Below are positions 1 to 9,813 of a stretch of 32,000 nucleotides of DNA, in pieces. This DNA is from Thermoproteus tenax Kra 1 (GTDB lineage Archaea > Thermoproteota > Thermoprotei > Thermoproteales > Thermoproteaceae): contig NC_016070.1 in NCBI RefSeq assembly GCF_000253055.1, forward strand, positions 120,001 to 152,000. Direction: 5' to 3'. The translations under genes were made by a program, and so were the position numbers. Within the stretch, counting starts at the first letter, position 1; every line of letters starts with the position of its first letter. The notes below the pieces were generated by a model. It worked only from the letters and a program-made list of their open reading frames with translations, did no database searches and had not been told where the DNA came from.

Positions 1-553
1 GAGTGAGTATCCCCACTGTGTCGGCAATGCTCACTCTGTCCGCGCCTGCGTCTCGCGCAGTTTTTACCACTTGTATAAGGTAGTCGAGGTCTGCCCTAGT
101 GGCGTCTTCGGCTGTGAACCTCACCTTCACGCCGGCGCCTCTCGCGAACTCCACGTGTTCGGCGATTATGGCCAAAGCCTCCTCTCTGGTCTTCCTGTGT
201 TTGTGCTTCAGATGTATATCGCTGACGCCGTAGAAGATGGCGACTCTGTCGGGCTCAAGCGACGTCGCGTTCTCTATATCTGATTTGACGGATCTGCTGT
301 GGACGACTATCTCGCTCTTGATTTCGCCGTCTCGCTTCAGAGCTATTATCTTCGAGATAGCCGATCTGACGTCGGGCGCCACGTTTGGGTCGCCCACCTC
401 TATTAAGTGGACGCCTACATCCGACAGAGACTTCGCTATCTTGATCCTCCATTCCTCAGAGAATATAACGCCCGGAGTCTGCTCGCCCTCTCTCAGCGTC
501 GAGTCGAGAATTTTTATGCTTTCCCCGAACTCATGGCGGCTGAACCGACCCAC
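1..553 (-). CDS. 2-isopropylmalate synthase / homocitrate synthase / citramalate synthase family protein, N-terminal part (continues past the window start)
   Basis: Absent from the ORF track because it has no stop in the window. Minus-strand translation from GTG (553-551) reads VGRFSRHEFGESIKILDSTLREGEQTPGVIFSEEWRIKIAKSLSDVGVHLIEVG...RFTAEDATRADLDYLIQVVKTARDAGADRVSIADTVG. LDSTLREGEQ and DTVG are LeuA/HMGL-like hallmarks. A TATA-like ctatatag lies about 30 nt upstream on the coding strand. The plus-strand ORFs 71-283 and 237-560 are shadows of this gene. Confidence 0.85.
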   Translation of the reverse strand, partial: MGRFSRHEFGESIKILDSTLREGEQTPGVIFSEEWRIKIAKSLSDVGVHLIEVGDPNVAPDVRSAISKIIALKRDGEIKSEIVVHSRSVKSDIENATSLEPDRVAIFYGVSDIHLKHKHRKTREEALAIIAEHVEFARGAGVKVRFTAEDATRADLDYLIQVVKTARDAGADRVSIADTVGILT

Positions 554-596
554 TATATAAACCTAACTCGCGGAGGAGAGTCTATATAGAAAATAG

Positions 597-1085
597 CTAC
601 TTCGAGCCCCTTATCTTCAGATATTCAGTCAAGCCGCCGGCCTTGAGGATCTCGAGCGCAAGCCCCGACAGCGGCTTGCCCTTTATCACCTCGCCGGTGG
701 ACAAGTTCACCACCTCGCCTGTCTCAACACGGACGACGACCTCATCGCCGTCTCTGACCCTCCCCCTCGCCGGGGCCTGCAACACTGGCAGTCCCACGTT
801 GATGGCGTTCCGGAAGAAGATTCTGGCGAACGACTCGGCCACTACGGCCAATACACCGGCCCCCTTCAGTGCCGTGGCCGCTTGCTCGCGGCTGCTCCCC
901 ATCCCGAAGGCTCTGCCGGCCACTATCACGGCCCCCTTAGCCTTCTTCGGGAACTCGGGATCTAGAGGCTCCATGGCGTGTTGGCCCAGGACGGCCGGGT
1001 CAGTATATACTAGATATCTGGCAGGTATAATTACGTCGGTATCTATCTTGTCGCCGTAGACCAAGGCCCTCCCCCTTATTTCCAT
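597..1085 (-). CDS. leuD: 3-isopropylmalate dehydratase (or homoaconitase) small subunit
   Basis: 162 aa. The motifs [33 protein letters not shown] and [16 protein letters not shown] are typical of the aconitase swivel-domain small subunit. It sits directly upstream of, and co-oriented with, the LeuA-family gene at 1-553. Confidence 0.85.
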   Translation of the reverse strand: MEIRGRALVYGDKIDTDVIIPARYLVYTDPAVLGQHAMEPLDPEFPKKAKGAVIVAGRAFGMGSSREQAATALKGAGVLAVVAESFARIFFRNAINVGLPVLQAPARGRVRDGDEVVVRVETGEVVNLSTGEVIKGKPLSGLALEILKAGGLTEYLKIRGSK

Positions 1086-1231
1086 AGCCGCTGAGCCTAT
1101 ATAGCTTTTAAAAGTTCCGTCCTTCAGGGAGAAGGCCTATATATAGAGAGGCAAATCTTTAAATATAGGTTAAATAGTGCCCCTATGGATTCGGGGGTTA
1201 CATCGGGGCTCGAGGGGATCGCCCCAATAGG
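1086..1231. promoter_or_regulatory. Divergent promoter region between leuD and ilvB
   Basis: Several TATA-like boxes (cctatatagctttttaaaag-type, ctatatataga, ctttaaatatagg) lie between two divergently oriented operons. A GC-rich ~60-nt leader precedes the ilvB GTG. Confidence 0.5.
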
Positions 1232-2959
1232 GTGGTCGACAGAGTAATCGACACACTAAGGGAGCTGAAAGTAAGACATATCCTGGGGATCACAGGCGGT
1301 TCAATAATGGCGTTGTTCGACGCAGCGTATTTCGTAGACGACATAGACGTAATAATGTTCAGACACGAGCAGGGCGCTGCACATGCAGCCGAGGGCTACG
1401 CCAGAGTTGCCAAGAGGCCCGCCGTGGTTGCTGCAACCAGCGGCCCCGGCGCCACCAACTTGGTGACTGGGCTGACGGACGCCTACATGGACTCAGTCCC
1501 CGTAGTGGCCATAACTGGGCAAGTGGCCACGTGGGTCTTCGGAAGAGACGGATTCCAAGAGACGGACATACTGGGCGTGGCCACGCCTATAACTAAATGG
1601 GTCTATCAAGTGAGGAGGCCGGAGGAGGCATCGCCAGCAGTCAGGATCGCCTACGAGATATCGGCATTGGGGAGACCGGGCCCGACTTTAGTGGATCTGC
1701 CCAGAGATATACAGATACAGACTCCGCGAGGGGAGGCCGCTATTCCGATAAATGTGACCAAGTTTATACCTCCAAGGCCTCGCCACGAGGATATAGCGAG
1801 GGCGGCGAAGATAATAATTGAGGCCCAGAGACCCGTAGTCCTCGCGGGCGGCGGAGTCCTCTGGTCGGGCGCCACGAGAGAGGTGATAGAGCTCGCCGAG
1901 AGGATAGGAGCGCCTATAGTTTCAACTCTTCCTGGGAAGGCCGCAATACCTCACAACCACCCGTTGTATCTAGGGCCCGCCGGAATGCACGGAAGGGCCG
2001 AGGCCGACGCCGCCTTGGCCAACGCAGACGTAGTTATAGCGGTCGGCACAAGGTTCAGCGATAGGACTTGGGGCCGCTTCAGGGAGCTTCAGGAGGCGGT
2101 GAGGTCGGGCGACATGAAGGTAATCCATATAGATATAGATAGAAGCGAGATAGGGAAAAATGTAAAACCAACTGTGGGCATAGTCGCAGACGCAAGGGAG
2201 GCGTTGAGGGAGTTGATAGACATTCTGCCCGTGGCCGCCACGAGGGATCCCAAGTATATGGCCTGGCTCTACCACATCAGAAGGAGGTATGAGGACTCCA
2301 TGGAGAAGCTGGCCTCCGAGTTCAAGTACTTCGCTCCCTGGAAGGTGTTGAAGACTGTGAGAAGGGCAGCTCCGCCCAACGCGGTGACTGTGACCGGCGT
2401 GGGAGGACACCAGATGTGGGCCGAGATATGGTGGGAGGTCTACGAGCCGGGCACCTATATCACATCGGCGGGCTTGGGCACTATGGGCTTCGGCATACCT
2501 GCGTCCCTCGGCGCAAAGCTTGCTGACCCCAGCAGGCCCGTGATATGTATAGACGGCGATGGCTCGTTCCAGATGACCTTCAACAATCTGGCTTTAGTAA
2601 GGGAGTACAACTTGCCCTTCGTTGAGATCATATTCAACAATGCCGCGCTGCAGTTGGTGTTGCAGTGGCAGGTGTACATGTACGGCAACAGACAGGTGGC
2701 GACGCGGTTCGCGAGGAATCCAGACTTTATAAAGATAGGCGAGGCCTACGGGATAGAGGGAGTCCGCCCCTCAAGCTACGAGGAGCTCGAGAAGGCGGTG
2801 TCCTGGGCTGTGAGGAACAACGAGCCGATGATAATCGATGTAACGATAGACGGAGACAAGGATATAGTCTTGCCGTGGGTGAAGCCGGGCGACTGGCTGA
2901 CCCAAGCGATACTGCCGAAGGGAATGGAGGATATATCGTTGTACTATGAGCGTGATTAA
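1232..2959 (+). CDS. ilvB: Acetolactate synthase (acetohydroxyacid synthase) large subunit, ThDP-dependent
   Basis: 575 aa with a GTG start. The N-terminus GITGGSIMALFDA...HEQGAAHAAEGYARV and the ThDP motif IDGDGSFQMTFNNLALVREYNLPFVEIIFNN (GDG-x-NN) are present. It is followed by ilvN, ilvC and ilvE. No in-frame start lies upstream (TAG at 1175-1177). Confidence 0.9.
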   Translation: MVDRVIDTLRELKVRHILGITGGSIMALFDAAYFVDDIDVIMFRHEQGAAHAAEGYARVAKRPAVVAATSGPGATNLVTGLTDAYMDSVPVVAITGQVATWVFGRDGFQETDILGVATPITKWVYQVRRPEEASPAVRIAYEISALGRPGPTLVDLPRDIQIQTPRGEAAIPINVTKFIPPRPRHEDIARAAKIIIEAQRPVVLAGGGVLWSGATREVIELAERIGAPIVSTLPGKAAIPHNHPLYLGPAGMHGRAEADAALANADVVIAVGTRFSDRTWGRFRELQEAVRSGDMKVIHIDIDRSEIGKNVKPTVGIVADAREALRELIDILPVAATRDPKYMAWLYHIRRRYEDSMEKLASEFKYFAPWKVLKTVRRAAPPNAVTVTGVGGHQMWAEIWWEVYEPGTYITSAGLGTMGFGIPASLGAKLADPSRPVICIDGDGSFQMTFNNLALVREYNLPFVEIIFNNAALQLVLQWQVYMYGNRQVATRFARNPDFIKIGEAYGIEGVRPSSYEELEKAVSWAVRNNEPMIIDVTIDGDKDIVLPWVKPGDWLTQAILPKGMEDISLYYERD

Positions 2960-3215
2960 CCTAAGGATACCTCAGTCGATGGACTACGTGGGGCGCGTGG
3001 TCAGCATAGTGAGGAGGGCCAAGGTTACAGTGAGGACTATGGACGTAGAGATGAAGGACACGGCATACGAAGTGAACATACAGGTGGAGGGGCCGGCTGA
3101 CGAGATCAAATGGCTTGTGGCCAAGTTGGATAAACTGCCGGAGGTCCTGGAGATAAGAGAGATACCCATTCAAGCGGCCGCAGTGGCCGCTGCAGTGACC
3201 AAGGGCAATATTTAA
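2946..3215 (+). CDS. ilvN: Acetolactate synthase small (regulatory, ACT-like) subunit, short form
   Basis: 89 aa. Its start overlaps the ilvB 3' end by 14 nt. It has an ACT-like beta-alpha-beta pattern (VINLRIP...GRVVSIVRRAKVTVRTMDVE...YEVNIQVEG). The call rests mostly on position and size. Confidence 0.6.
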   Translation: MSVINLRIPQSMDYVGRVVSIVRRAKVTVRTMDVEMKDTAYEVNIQVEGPADEIKWLVAKLDKLPEVLEIREIPIQAAAVAAAVTKGNI

Positions 3216-3236
3216 AACAATACCTTATTGAGGGGC

Positions 3237-4220
3237 ATGGCGAAGATATATACTGACAAGGACGCCTCTCTAGATCCCCTCAAGGGGAAGACTATAGCGG
3301 TTCTGGGCTACGGCATTCAAGGGAGGGCTCAGGCGCTCAATCTGAGAGACTCGGGGTTGAGAGTGATAGTAGGCGTGAGGAAGGGTAAGTCTTGGGATCT
3401 GGCCGAACAAGAGGGCTTCGACGTATTCGATGTGGGCGAGGCGGTCAAAAGGGCCGACGTAGTGATGGTGCTTCTGCCCGATATGGAGCAGCCCAAGGTA
3501 TGGAGGGAGCAGATAGAGCCCAACTTGAGGGGCGGCTCAGTGGTGGACTTTGCCCATGGCTTCAACATCCACTTCGGCTTGATCAAGCCGCCTCCCAACG
3601 TTGACGTTGTGATGGTGGCCCCTAAGGGGCCCGGAAGGTTAGTCAGAGACGAGTTCCTTGCCGGTAGAGGCGTGCCCGCGCTAGTCGCAGTACATCAGAA
3701 CTACTCGGGGAGAGCTATGGAGTACGCCCTCGCCATAGCCAAGGGGATTGGGGCGACTAGGGCCGGCGTAATAGAGACGACGTTTAGGGAGGAGACCGAG
3801 ACGGACTTGATAGGGGAACAGAACGTTCTTGTCGGAGGTCTTCTGGAGCTCTTGAGGAAGGGCTTTGAGGTTATGGTCGAGCTGGGCTATCAGCCCGAGG
3901 TCGCCTACTTTGAGGCCATCAACGAGGCCAAACTCATTATGGATCTGATATGGCAGAGGGGCTTCTACGGCATGTTGACTGGTGTCAGCGAGACGGCAAG
4001 ATACGGCGGCTTGACCGTGGGCCCGAAGGTCATAGACGACTCAGTCAAACAGAGGATGAAGGAGGCGGCCGCGAGGGTTAGAGACGGCTCCTTCGCCAAA
4101 GAGTGGGTCGAGGAATACTCCAGAGGGGCGCCGAACCTCAAAAGGATGTTGGAGGAGGTAAAGGGGCATCCCGCCGAGAAGGTCGGAGAACAGATAAGGA
4201 GATTGATGTTCGGCTCATGA
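3237..4220 (+). CDS. ilvC: Ketol-acid reductoisomerase (class I)
   Basis: The ORF opens at TTG 3228, but ATG 3237 ([10 protein letters not shown]) is the likelier start. The dinucleotide fold [19 protein letters not shown] is present, along with [18 protein letters not shown] and SETARYGG. Confidence 0.92.
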   Translation: MAKIYTDKDASLDPLKGKTIAVLGYGIQGRAQALNLRDSGLRVIVGVRKGKSWDLAEQEGFDVFDVGEAVKRADVVMVLLPDMEQPKVWREQIEPNLRGGSVVDFAHGFNIHFGLIKPPPNVDVVMVAPKGPGRLVRDEFLAGRGVPALVAVHQNYSGRAMEYALAIAKGIGATRAGVIETTFREETETDLIGEQNVLVGGLLELLRKGFEVMVELGYQPEVAYFEAINEAKLIMDLIWQRGFYGMLTGVSETARYGGLTVGPKVIDDSVKQRMKEAAARVRDGSFAKEWVEEYSRGAPNLKRMLEEVKGHPAEKVGEQIRRLMFGS

Positions 4221-5104
4221 GGATCTGGGTCGACGGCAGAATAGTGGAAGATAGAGAGGCCACAGTCTCGGTCCTCTCGCCGACGTTGAACTACGGCTTC
4301 GGCGTCTTCGAGGGAATAAGGGCCTATTGGAACGGCAAGAACCTCTACGTCTTCAGGCTGGCCGAGCACATGGAGCGCCTCCTCAGATCCGCGAGGATAA
4401 TAGGTATGGACATCCCCTACACGGCCGAGGAGCTCGTTAAAGCCACGGTGGAGACGATTAGGGCCAACGGGTATAGGGAGGACTTATACATCAGGCCTGT
4501 GGCGTTTATAGCGAAGCCGCAGATAGGTCTCGACGTCAGAGGGGTACAAGCCTCGGTGGCTATAGCGGCCTTGCCCTTCGGAAAGTATCTGAAGGCCGAG
4601 GGCGTCAGAGCCGCTGTGGTCAGCTGGAGGAGGGTTCACACATCGATGATGCCCGTTATGGCGAAGGCCACGGGGATCTACCTCAACTCAATTATGGCCG
4701 TATTAGAGGCAAAGTCGAGGGGATACGACGAGGCGATCCTTTTGAACGCAGAGGGGAAGGTGGTGGAGGGCTCGGGCGAGAATATATTCGTAGTGAGGCG
4801 AGGGATTTTGATGACGCCCCCCGTGGAGGACGGAATACTGGAGGGGATAACTAGGGAGACCGTGATAACTCTGGCGGGAGAGCTGGGGATACACGTGTTG
4901 GAGAAGAGCATATCTAGGGAGGAGCTCTACACAGCCGACGAGGCCTTCTTCGTGGGCACCGCCGCCGAGGTTACGCCGATAGTCGAAATAGACGGACGGC
5001 CGCTTCCAAGGGGGCCGATAACGGAGAGGCTGGCCAGAAAATACAGGGAGGTCGTCTTAGGGCAAGACGAGAAGTACCTCGGTTGGCTGACGCCGGTGTA
5101 TTAG
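4217..5104 (+). CDS. ilvE: Branched-chain amino acid aminotransferase (class IV PLP enzyme)
   Basis: The track ORF starts at 4103, but its first 38 codons overlap ilvC out of frame. ATG 4217 overlaps the ilvC stop (ATGA) and gives [19 protein letters not shown]. Motifs include [22 protein letters not shown] and [10 protein letters not shown]. Confidence 0.9.
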   Translation: MRIWVDGRIVEDREATVSVLSPTLNYGFGVFEGIRAYWNGKNLYVFRLAEHMERLLRSARIIGMDIPYTAEELVKATVETIRANGYREDLYIRPVAFIAKPQIGLDVRGVQASVAIAALPFGKYLKAEGVRAAVVSWRRVHTSMMPVMAKATGIYLNSIMAVLEAKSRGYDEAILLNAEGKVVEGSGENIFVVRRGILMTPPVEDGILEGITRETVITLAGELGIHVLEKSISREELYTADEAFFVGTAAEVTPIVEIDGRPLPRGPITERLARKYREVVLGQDEKYLGWLTPVY

Positions 5105-5138
5105 TCTATAGTCGCGAAAGCTTTATATATAGCCTATT

Positions 5139-6296
5139 TTGTCCGTCTATGGAGTCGGGGCTCGTATTGTAAAGATCTTCGACACAACTCTTAGAGACGG
5201 CGAGCAGATGCCCGGCGTTTCTCTAACCGTTGAGGAGAAGGTTATAATAGGCATGGCCCTTGACGAGCTCAGGGCGGACTATATAGAGGCCGGCTTCGCG
5301 GCGGTCTCGCCCGAAGAGGCCGAGGCTGTGTCCAGAATAGCCCGGGACGCAGCCTATGCGACTGTGGTGAGTTTGGCGAGAGCAAATAAACGGGATATAG
5401 ACGCGGCTGTGGACGCTGGCGTCGACATGGTGCACGTGTTCATAGCCACGAGCGACATTCACATGAAGTATAAGCTGAGGATGACTAGAGAGGAGGTCTT
5501 GGCAAAGATCGCCGAGTCCGTTGAGTACGCCAAGTCGAGGGGCGTCAAAGTCCTTTTCAGCGCCGAGGACGCGACCAGAAGCGACCTCCAGTTCTTGGTC
5601 GAGGCCTTCAGGACGGCCGTCGAGGCAGGAGCCGACGAGATAAACGTGCCGGACACCGTGGGCGTCATGACGCCGAGCCGCATGAGATACCTAGTGGAGT
5701 ACCTCAGGGGCCGGCTGCCGCCTGTACCTATGCACGTCCACTGCCACGACGACTTCGGCATGGCCGTCGCCAACACAGTCGCCGCCTTGGAGGCCGGGGC
5801 CGACGTGGCTCAAGTGACTGTGAACGGCTTCGGAGAGAGGGGCGGGAACGCGGCGTTGGAGGAGGTAGTGGCCGCCGCCGCGTTCCTCTTGGGCATGAAG
5901 ACGGGGATAATCATGGAGAAGTTGTACAATACGTCGCGGCTAGTGGCGAAGCTGTTCGGGATACAGCTACAGCCCAACAAGGCCGTAGTGGGGGACAACG
6001 CCTTCAGCCACGAGTCGGGCATACACGTCCACGGCGTATTGAACAACCCGTTCACCTACGAGCCCATGACGCCTGAGTCCGTGGGCAATAGGAGGAGGAT
6101 AGTATTGGGCAAACACTCGGGCAGACACTCGGTTGAGTGGGCCTTGAAACAGATAGGCTACGAGCCCGAGCCCGGCTTAGTCGACTACGTCCTGAGGAGG
6201 ATCAAGGAGCTGTCTGTGAAGAAGGTCTCCGTGGATGAGGACCTATTGAGGAGCATCGCCCAAGACTATAGAAAAACAATTAATATAGTGGGCTGA
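5139..6296 (+). CDS. leuA: 2-isopropylmalate synthase / (R)-citramalate synthase family, short form without a C-terminal regulatory domain
   Basis: 385 aa. Motifs are [36 protein letters not shown] and HESGIHVHG. The TTG start at 5139 is uncertain because the TATA-like ctttatatat lies only ~10 nt upstream. LeuA, CimA and HCS specificity cannot be told apart from sequence by eye. Confidence 0.8.
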   Translation: MSVYGVGARIVKIFDTTLRDGEQMPGVSLTVEEKVIIGMALDELRADYIEAGFAAVSPEEAEAVSRIARDAAYATVVSLARANKRDIDAAVDAGVDMVHVFIATSDIHMKYKLRMTREEVLAKIAESVEYAKSRGVKVLFSAEDATRSDLQFLVEAFRTAVEAGADEINVPDTVGVMTPSRMRYLVEYLRGRLPPVPMHVHCHDDFGMAVANTVAALEAGADVAQVTVNGFGERGGNAALEEVVAAAAFLLGMKTGIIMEKLYNTSRLVAKLFGIQLQPNKAVVGDNAFSHESGIHVHGVLNNPFTYEPMTPESVGNRRRIVLGKHSGRHSVEWALKQIGYEPEPGLVDYVLRRIKELSVKKVSVDEDLLRSIAQDYRKTINIVG

Positions 6297-6304
6297 CGGC
6301 CTGC

Positions 6305-6994
6305 GTGAAGGTAATAGATCTTTCTAGGGAGCTGTACGAGGGAATGCCGGTATATCCCGGCGATCCCATCTTTAGACATACATATCTCTCCGTAGCGAGG
6401 AGCTACGGCGAGGTGACTCTCTCGCGCGTAGAGATGGGCGCGCACACAGGCACCCATGTGGATCTGCCCGCGCACTTCGTGCCCGGAGGCGCCTCAATAG
6501 AGGCGTTGGATGCGAGCAGATTCGTGGCGTATGGATCGGTGATAGATTTAAGCTACAAGAGACCTGGGGAGGCCATAACCGCTGAGGATCTGTGGAGGCG
6601 TTCAGAGCTGATAAAGAGGGGCGAGGCCGTTATGATATACACAGGCTTCTCGGCCAAGTATGGAACAGAGGAGTTCCTCTATAATTGGCCCTATCTGGAC
6701 CGAGGGGCCGCCGATTATCTGGCCGAGGCCCGCGTAGCTGCAGTCGGCGTGGAGGGCATGTCGGTGGCAGGCTATCCAGGCGTCCAGGGCTTCCCGTATC
6801 CTCCGCGCGTCTCCAAGGACGACGTCGCCTACGTCCATTACAAACTTTTGTCGAGCGGAGTAATAGTAATCGAGAATGTGACAAATTTAGATAAAGTACT
6901 TTCAGAGTGTGGAGGGAGAGCTCTATTTATCTTTGCGCCTATAAAAATAAGGGGAGGAGAAGGGGGGCCTGCGCGCGTGCTCGCCTTATGTTAG
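6305..6994 (+). CDS. Cyclase-family protein (kynurenine formamidase-like metal hydrolase fold)
   Basis: 229 aa with a GTG start. It has the exact HxGTHxDxPxH motif ([11 protein letters not shown]) plus an N-terminal GMPVYPGDP. Its stop overlaps the convergent leuC stop (TTAG). Confidence 0.75.
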   Translation: MKVIDLSRELYEGMPVYPGDPIFRHTYLSVARSYGEVTLSRVEMGAHTGTHVDLPAHFVPGGASIEALDASRFVAYGSVIDLSYKRPGEAITAEDLWRRSELIKRGEAVMIYTGFSAKYGTEEFLYNWPYLDRGAADYLAEARVAAVGVEGMSVAGYPGVQGFPYPPRVSKDDVAYVHYKLLSSGVIVIENVTNLDKVLSECGGRALFIFAPIKIRGGEGGPARVLALC

Positions 6995-8232
6995 AGGTAC
7001 TTCCTTGGATCAACTATTCTGCCCTCCAGCGCCGCCGCGGCGGCTGTGTAGGCGTTGGCCAGATAGACTTTTGAGTCGTTGGCGCCCATTCTGCCCACGA
7101 AGTTTCTGTTGCTCGTGGACACGGCAGTCTCGCCCGGGCCCAGGACGCCGAAGTGTCCTCCTATGCACGGGCCACAAGTGCCGTAGGTTACCACGCAGCC
7201 GGCCTTGGTCAATACATCTATGTACCCCGCCTCTAAGGCCTGTCTGAAGACGGAGTAGGAGGCAGGGATGGCTATACATCTGGCCTTGGCCCTCCCCCTC
7301 TTGAGTATCCGAGCTGCCGCCTCGATATCGCTCAACCTCCCGTTGGTGCAACTCCCTATGAATACTTGGTCAACCTCGACGCCCTCGACCTCTCTTACGC
7401 TTTTGACGTTGTCGACGCTGTGTGGCGCAGCCACCAGCGGCTCGAGTCTGTCCAACTCCACCGTGTATTCATCTATATATTTCCCTCCTGGGACGAAGTC
7501 GACTCTGGGCGCGGCGCCCCTAGTCTTCTCCAGATAGGCGTAGGTCTCCGAGTCGGGCACAAACATCATGGCGTCTGCGCCGAGCTCCGTGGACATGTTG
7601 GCCACCGTTGCCCTATAGTCCATGGGGAACGCAGAAGGTCTCTCAACATATACATCAGCCGAGTATCCGTTCAAGCCCTCGGCCTTATAGACTGATAGCA
7701 GATGTAACACTACGTCCTTTCCAGTGACAGCGGCCGGGGGCTCCCCCCTTATCTCTATCTTGATGGGCTGGGGGACGACTAGCCACGTCCTCCCTATCTT
7801 GAGCATGGCGGCTATATCTGTGGCGCCCATGCCCTGGGCGAATGCGCCGACAGCTCCAGCGGTGTTCGTGTGCGAATCAGCGCCGAAGATGAAGTGGGCG
7901 GGCAGGGCGTATTTCTCGAGTATGATCTGGTGCATTATCCCCTCGCCCACGTCGTGGAAGTTCTTCAAGCCGATGGCCCTAACGTGGCGCCTAATGTAAA
8001 CTTGTATCTCGGCGGCTCTAACCGTGGGAGCAGGAGAGAGGTGGTCGAAAGCCACCACGAGCTTGTCTTTGTCGAACACCTCCACGCCGCCCATCTTCTC
8101 CATCATCTCTAGGACGTGGTACCCAGTCAGGTCGTGGAACCCCACTAGGTCTGGAACCAGCTCGACGACGTCGCCCGGGGACGGAGCTCTGCCGAGCTTT
8201 CTCGCAAATACATACTCCGTCCACGTAGACAT
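6991..8232 (-). CDS. leuC: 3-isopropylmalate dehydratase (or homoaconitase) large subunit, aconitase family
   Basis: Motifs are [38 protein letters not shown] and [10 protein letters not shown]. The ORF opens at TTG 8238. ATG 8232 sits ~25 nt downstream of a TATA-like cttatatatgc (8249-8260 on the plus strand). Confidence 0.9.
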   Translation of the reverse strand: MSTWTEYVFARKLGRAPSPGDVVELVPDLVGFHDLTGYHVLEMMEKMGGVEVFDKDKLVVAFDHLSPAPTVRAAEIQVYIRRHVRAIGLKNFHDVGEGIMHQIILEKYALPAHFIFGADSHTNTAGAVGAFAQGMGATDIAAMLKIGRTWLVVPQPIKIEIRGEPPAAVTGKDVVLHLLSVYKAEGLNGYSADVYVERPSAFPMDYRATVANMSTELGADAMMFVPDSETYAYLEKTRGAAPRVDFVPGGKYIDEYTVELDRLEPLVAAPHSVDNVKSVREVEGVEVDQVFIGSCTNGRLSDIEAAARILKRGRAKARCIAIPASYSVFRQALEAGYIDVLTKAGCVVTYGTCGPCIGGHFGVLGPGETAVSTSNRNFVGRMGANDSKVYLANAYTAAAAALEGRIVDPRKYL

Positions 8233-8363
8233 GGCCAAGCCCTATTTAGCATATATAAGTATTCAGCTGTAGCCGGGCTCCCGCGAGCCGCCGGCCCCTC
8301 CAAGGCCCCCTCCTGGGGTCCACGGAGAGGAGGCCCAGATTCCCCTAAGCCTCTTGAAGCCAT

Positions 8364-8481
8364 GTTAATTACGCTTTACATATTATTTATATATTCTATA
8401 TATAAATAGAATTGTAGTTTTTTATCTCTCTTCGTTGAAAAAGGAGTATAATGCTTTAATACCATTTTTGTTTTCAATTTT
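8364..8481. promoter_or_regulatory. Extremely AT-rich spacer / promoter region upstream of the first CoA-transferase gene
   Basis: 118 nt with 24 G+C (20%) by direct count. It carries multiple TATA-like runs (tatttatatattctatatataaatag) and sits between a GC-rich block and ATG 8482. Confidence 0.55.
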
Positions 8482-9813
8482 ATGAGCTACTTTAGACTAA
8501 TTGAACGACTGATCTCCAGCGCAACGGGGGATCCCCCCTTGAAGGGCATTAGAGTCATCGAGTTCGCCCACTATATTCTGGGCCCCAACATACCCCGTCT
8601 TCTGGCCCAGCTTGGGGCCGAGGTCATAAAGATAGAGCCGCCGCCTCGCGGCGACCGCTGGAAGTACGCGTCCATGTGGGGCGGGAAGGGGTTCTACAAG
8701 GGCATGCGGATTGACTACCTCTATCTGAACTCTAATAAGTACTTTCTAGGCGTGGACTTCAAGAAGGAGAGAGGGAGGAAGCTGATAGTCGAGCTGGCGA
8801 AGACCGCCGATGTCTTTGTAGAAAATATGGAGCCCGGCACCCTTGATAGATACGGTCTGGGCTACCTCCAGCTGAAGGAGGTCAACCCCAAGCTGATATA
8901 CGTGAGTGCAAGCGGCTACGGAAACTGGGGCCCTCTATCGAGGCTCCCCAGCTACGACATAATAGGGCAGGCCGAGTCGGGCGTCATAGACACTACGGGC
9001 TGGGAGGGGGAGGTCCAGGAGGCCTACAGACTCCCCGACTATCCAGGCGACTGGCTTCCCTCGACTATGGCGGTCTCAGCCATAATAGCGGCGCTGATAT
9101 GGAGAGAGAAGAGCGGCAAGGGTCAGTATATAGACCTCTCTCAAGCGGCCAGCATGCAGAGACATATGTACCACTTCGCCTATATGTCGGCGACGGGGGA
9201 GAGGCTGAGGCGGAGCGGCTTCATAGACCCCTCGGCCTATTTCTCGGGAGTCTTCAAGACGTCGGACGGGAGATACGTTGCAGTGGCCGCCATGACTGAG
9301 GCCCAGTACGAGGCCTTGGCCGAACAAGTGCCAGGCCTGAAAGGGCTGAGGGATAAGCGCGATCTGGACTCTCTCTTTGTCAAATACAAGCTGGCGAGCC
9401 CGTGGTTCTCCTCAAAGAGTCTGGCGGAGTTGCTCGAGTTCGGGAGGAGGGCGGGCGTGCCGATCCAGCCGGTGTTGAACGACGAGGACGTGCTGAAGGA
9501 TCCCTGGAGGGCCGAGCGCGGATCTGTTCTGAAAATAAACGACAGGCTCTATGGAGAGATAGTGGTGCCCGGCCCTATAGTGAAGATGAGCGGGACGCCT
9601 CTGTCTGTCAAATGGGTCGCCAGGCCTGTGGGTTACCACAACAAGCTGATCTTGTTGAAAAAGATAGGTCTGAGCGAGCGCGAGGTCGAGGAGCTGGAGC
9701 GCGAGGGCATAATAGGGTATTGGGACGGCCAGTTAGGCAACACGCCGCCGCCCGGCTGGAGCCCCGAGAACGACCCCGTGTTCAAGGGCGAGAAAGACGA
9801 AGTGGAGCCATGA
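8482..9813 (+). CDS. Class III (CaiB/BaiF/Frc family) CoA-transferase, subunit 1
   Basis: 443 aa. The N-terminal Rossmann-like signature is LKGIRVIEFAHYILGPNIPRLLAQLGAEVIKIEPP. The mid-region YDIIGQAESGV contains the family's conserved Asp position. Confidence 0.85.
   Translation: MSYFRLIERLISSATGDPPLKGIRVIEFAHYILGPNIPRLLAQLGAEVIKIEPPPRGDRWKYASMWGGKGFYKGMRIDYLYLNSNKYFLGVDFKKERGRKLIVELAKTADVFVENMEPGTLDRYGLGYLQLKEVNPKLIYVSASGYGNWGPLSRLPSYDIIGQAESGVIDTTGWEGEVQEAYRLPDYPGDWLPSTMAVSAIIAALIWREKSGKGQYIDLSQAASMQRHMYHFAYMSATGERLRRSGFIDPSAYFSGVFKTSDGRYVAVAAMTEAQYEALAEQVPGLKGLRDKRDLDSLFVKYKLASPWFSSKSLAELLEFGRRAGVPIQPVLNDEDVLKDPWRAERGSVLKINDRLYGEIVVPGPIVKMSGTPLSVKWVARPVGYHNKLILLKKIGLSEREVEELEREGIIGYWDGQLGNTPPPGWSPENDPVFKGEKDEVEP

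Noticed and set aside
71-560. Plus-strand ORFs 71-283, 237-560 and 407-589, and minus-strand ORF 255-452
   Set aside because: These are frame shadows of the minus-strand LeuA-family gene, whose translation carries unmistakable LDSTLREGEQ and DTVG motifs.
4103-4216. N-terminal 38-codon extension of the ilvE ORF ([27 protein letters not shown]...)
   Set aside because: It overlaps the 3' end of ilvC out of frame and has R/G-rich junk composition. ATG 4217 forms a typical ATGA stop-start overlap and gives a canonical IlvE N-terminus.
9402-9809. 136-codon upstream extension of the second class III CoA-transferase ORF
   Set aside because: It lies entirely within the first CoA-transferase gene in another frame, and its composition is R/G/A-rich. 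The family N-terminal motif begins right after ATG 9810.
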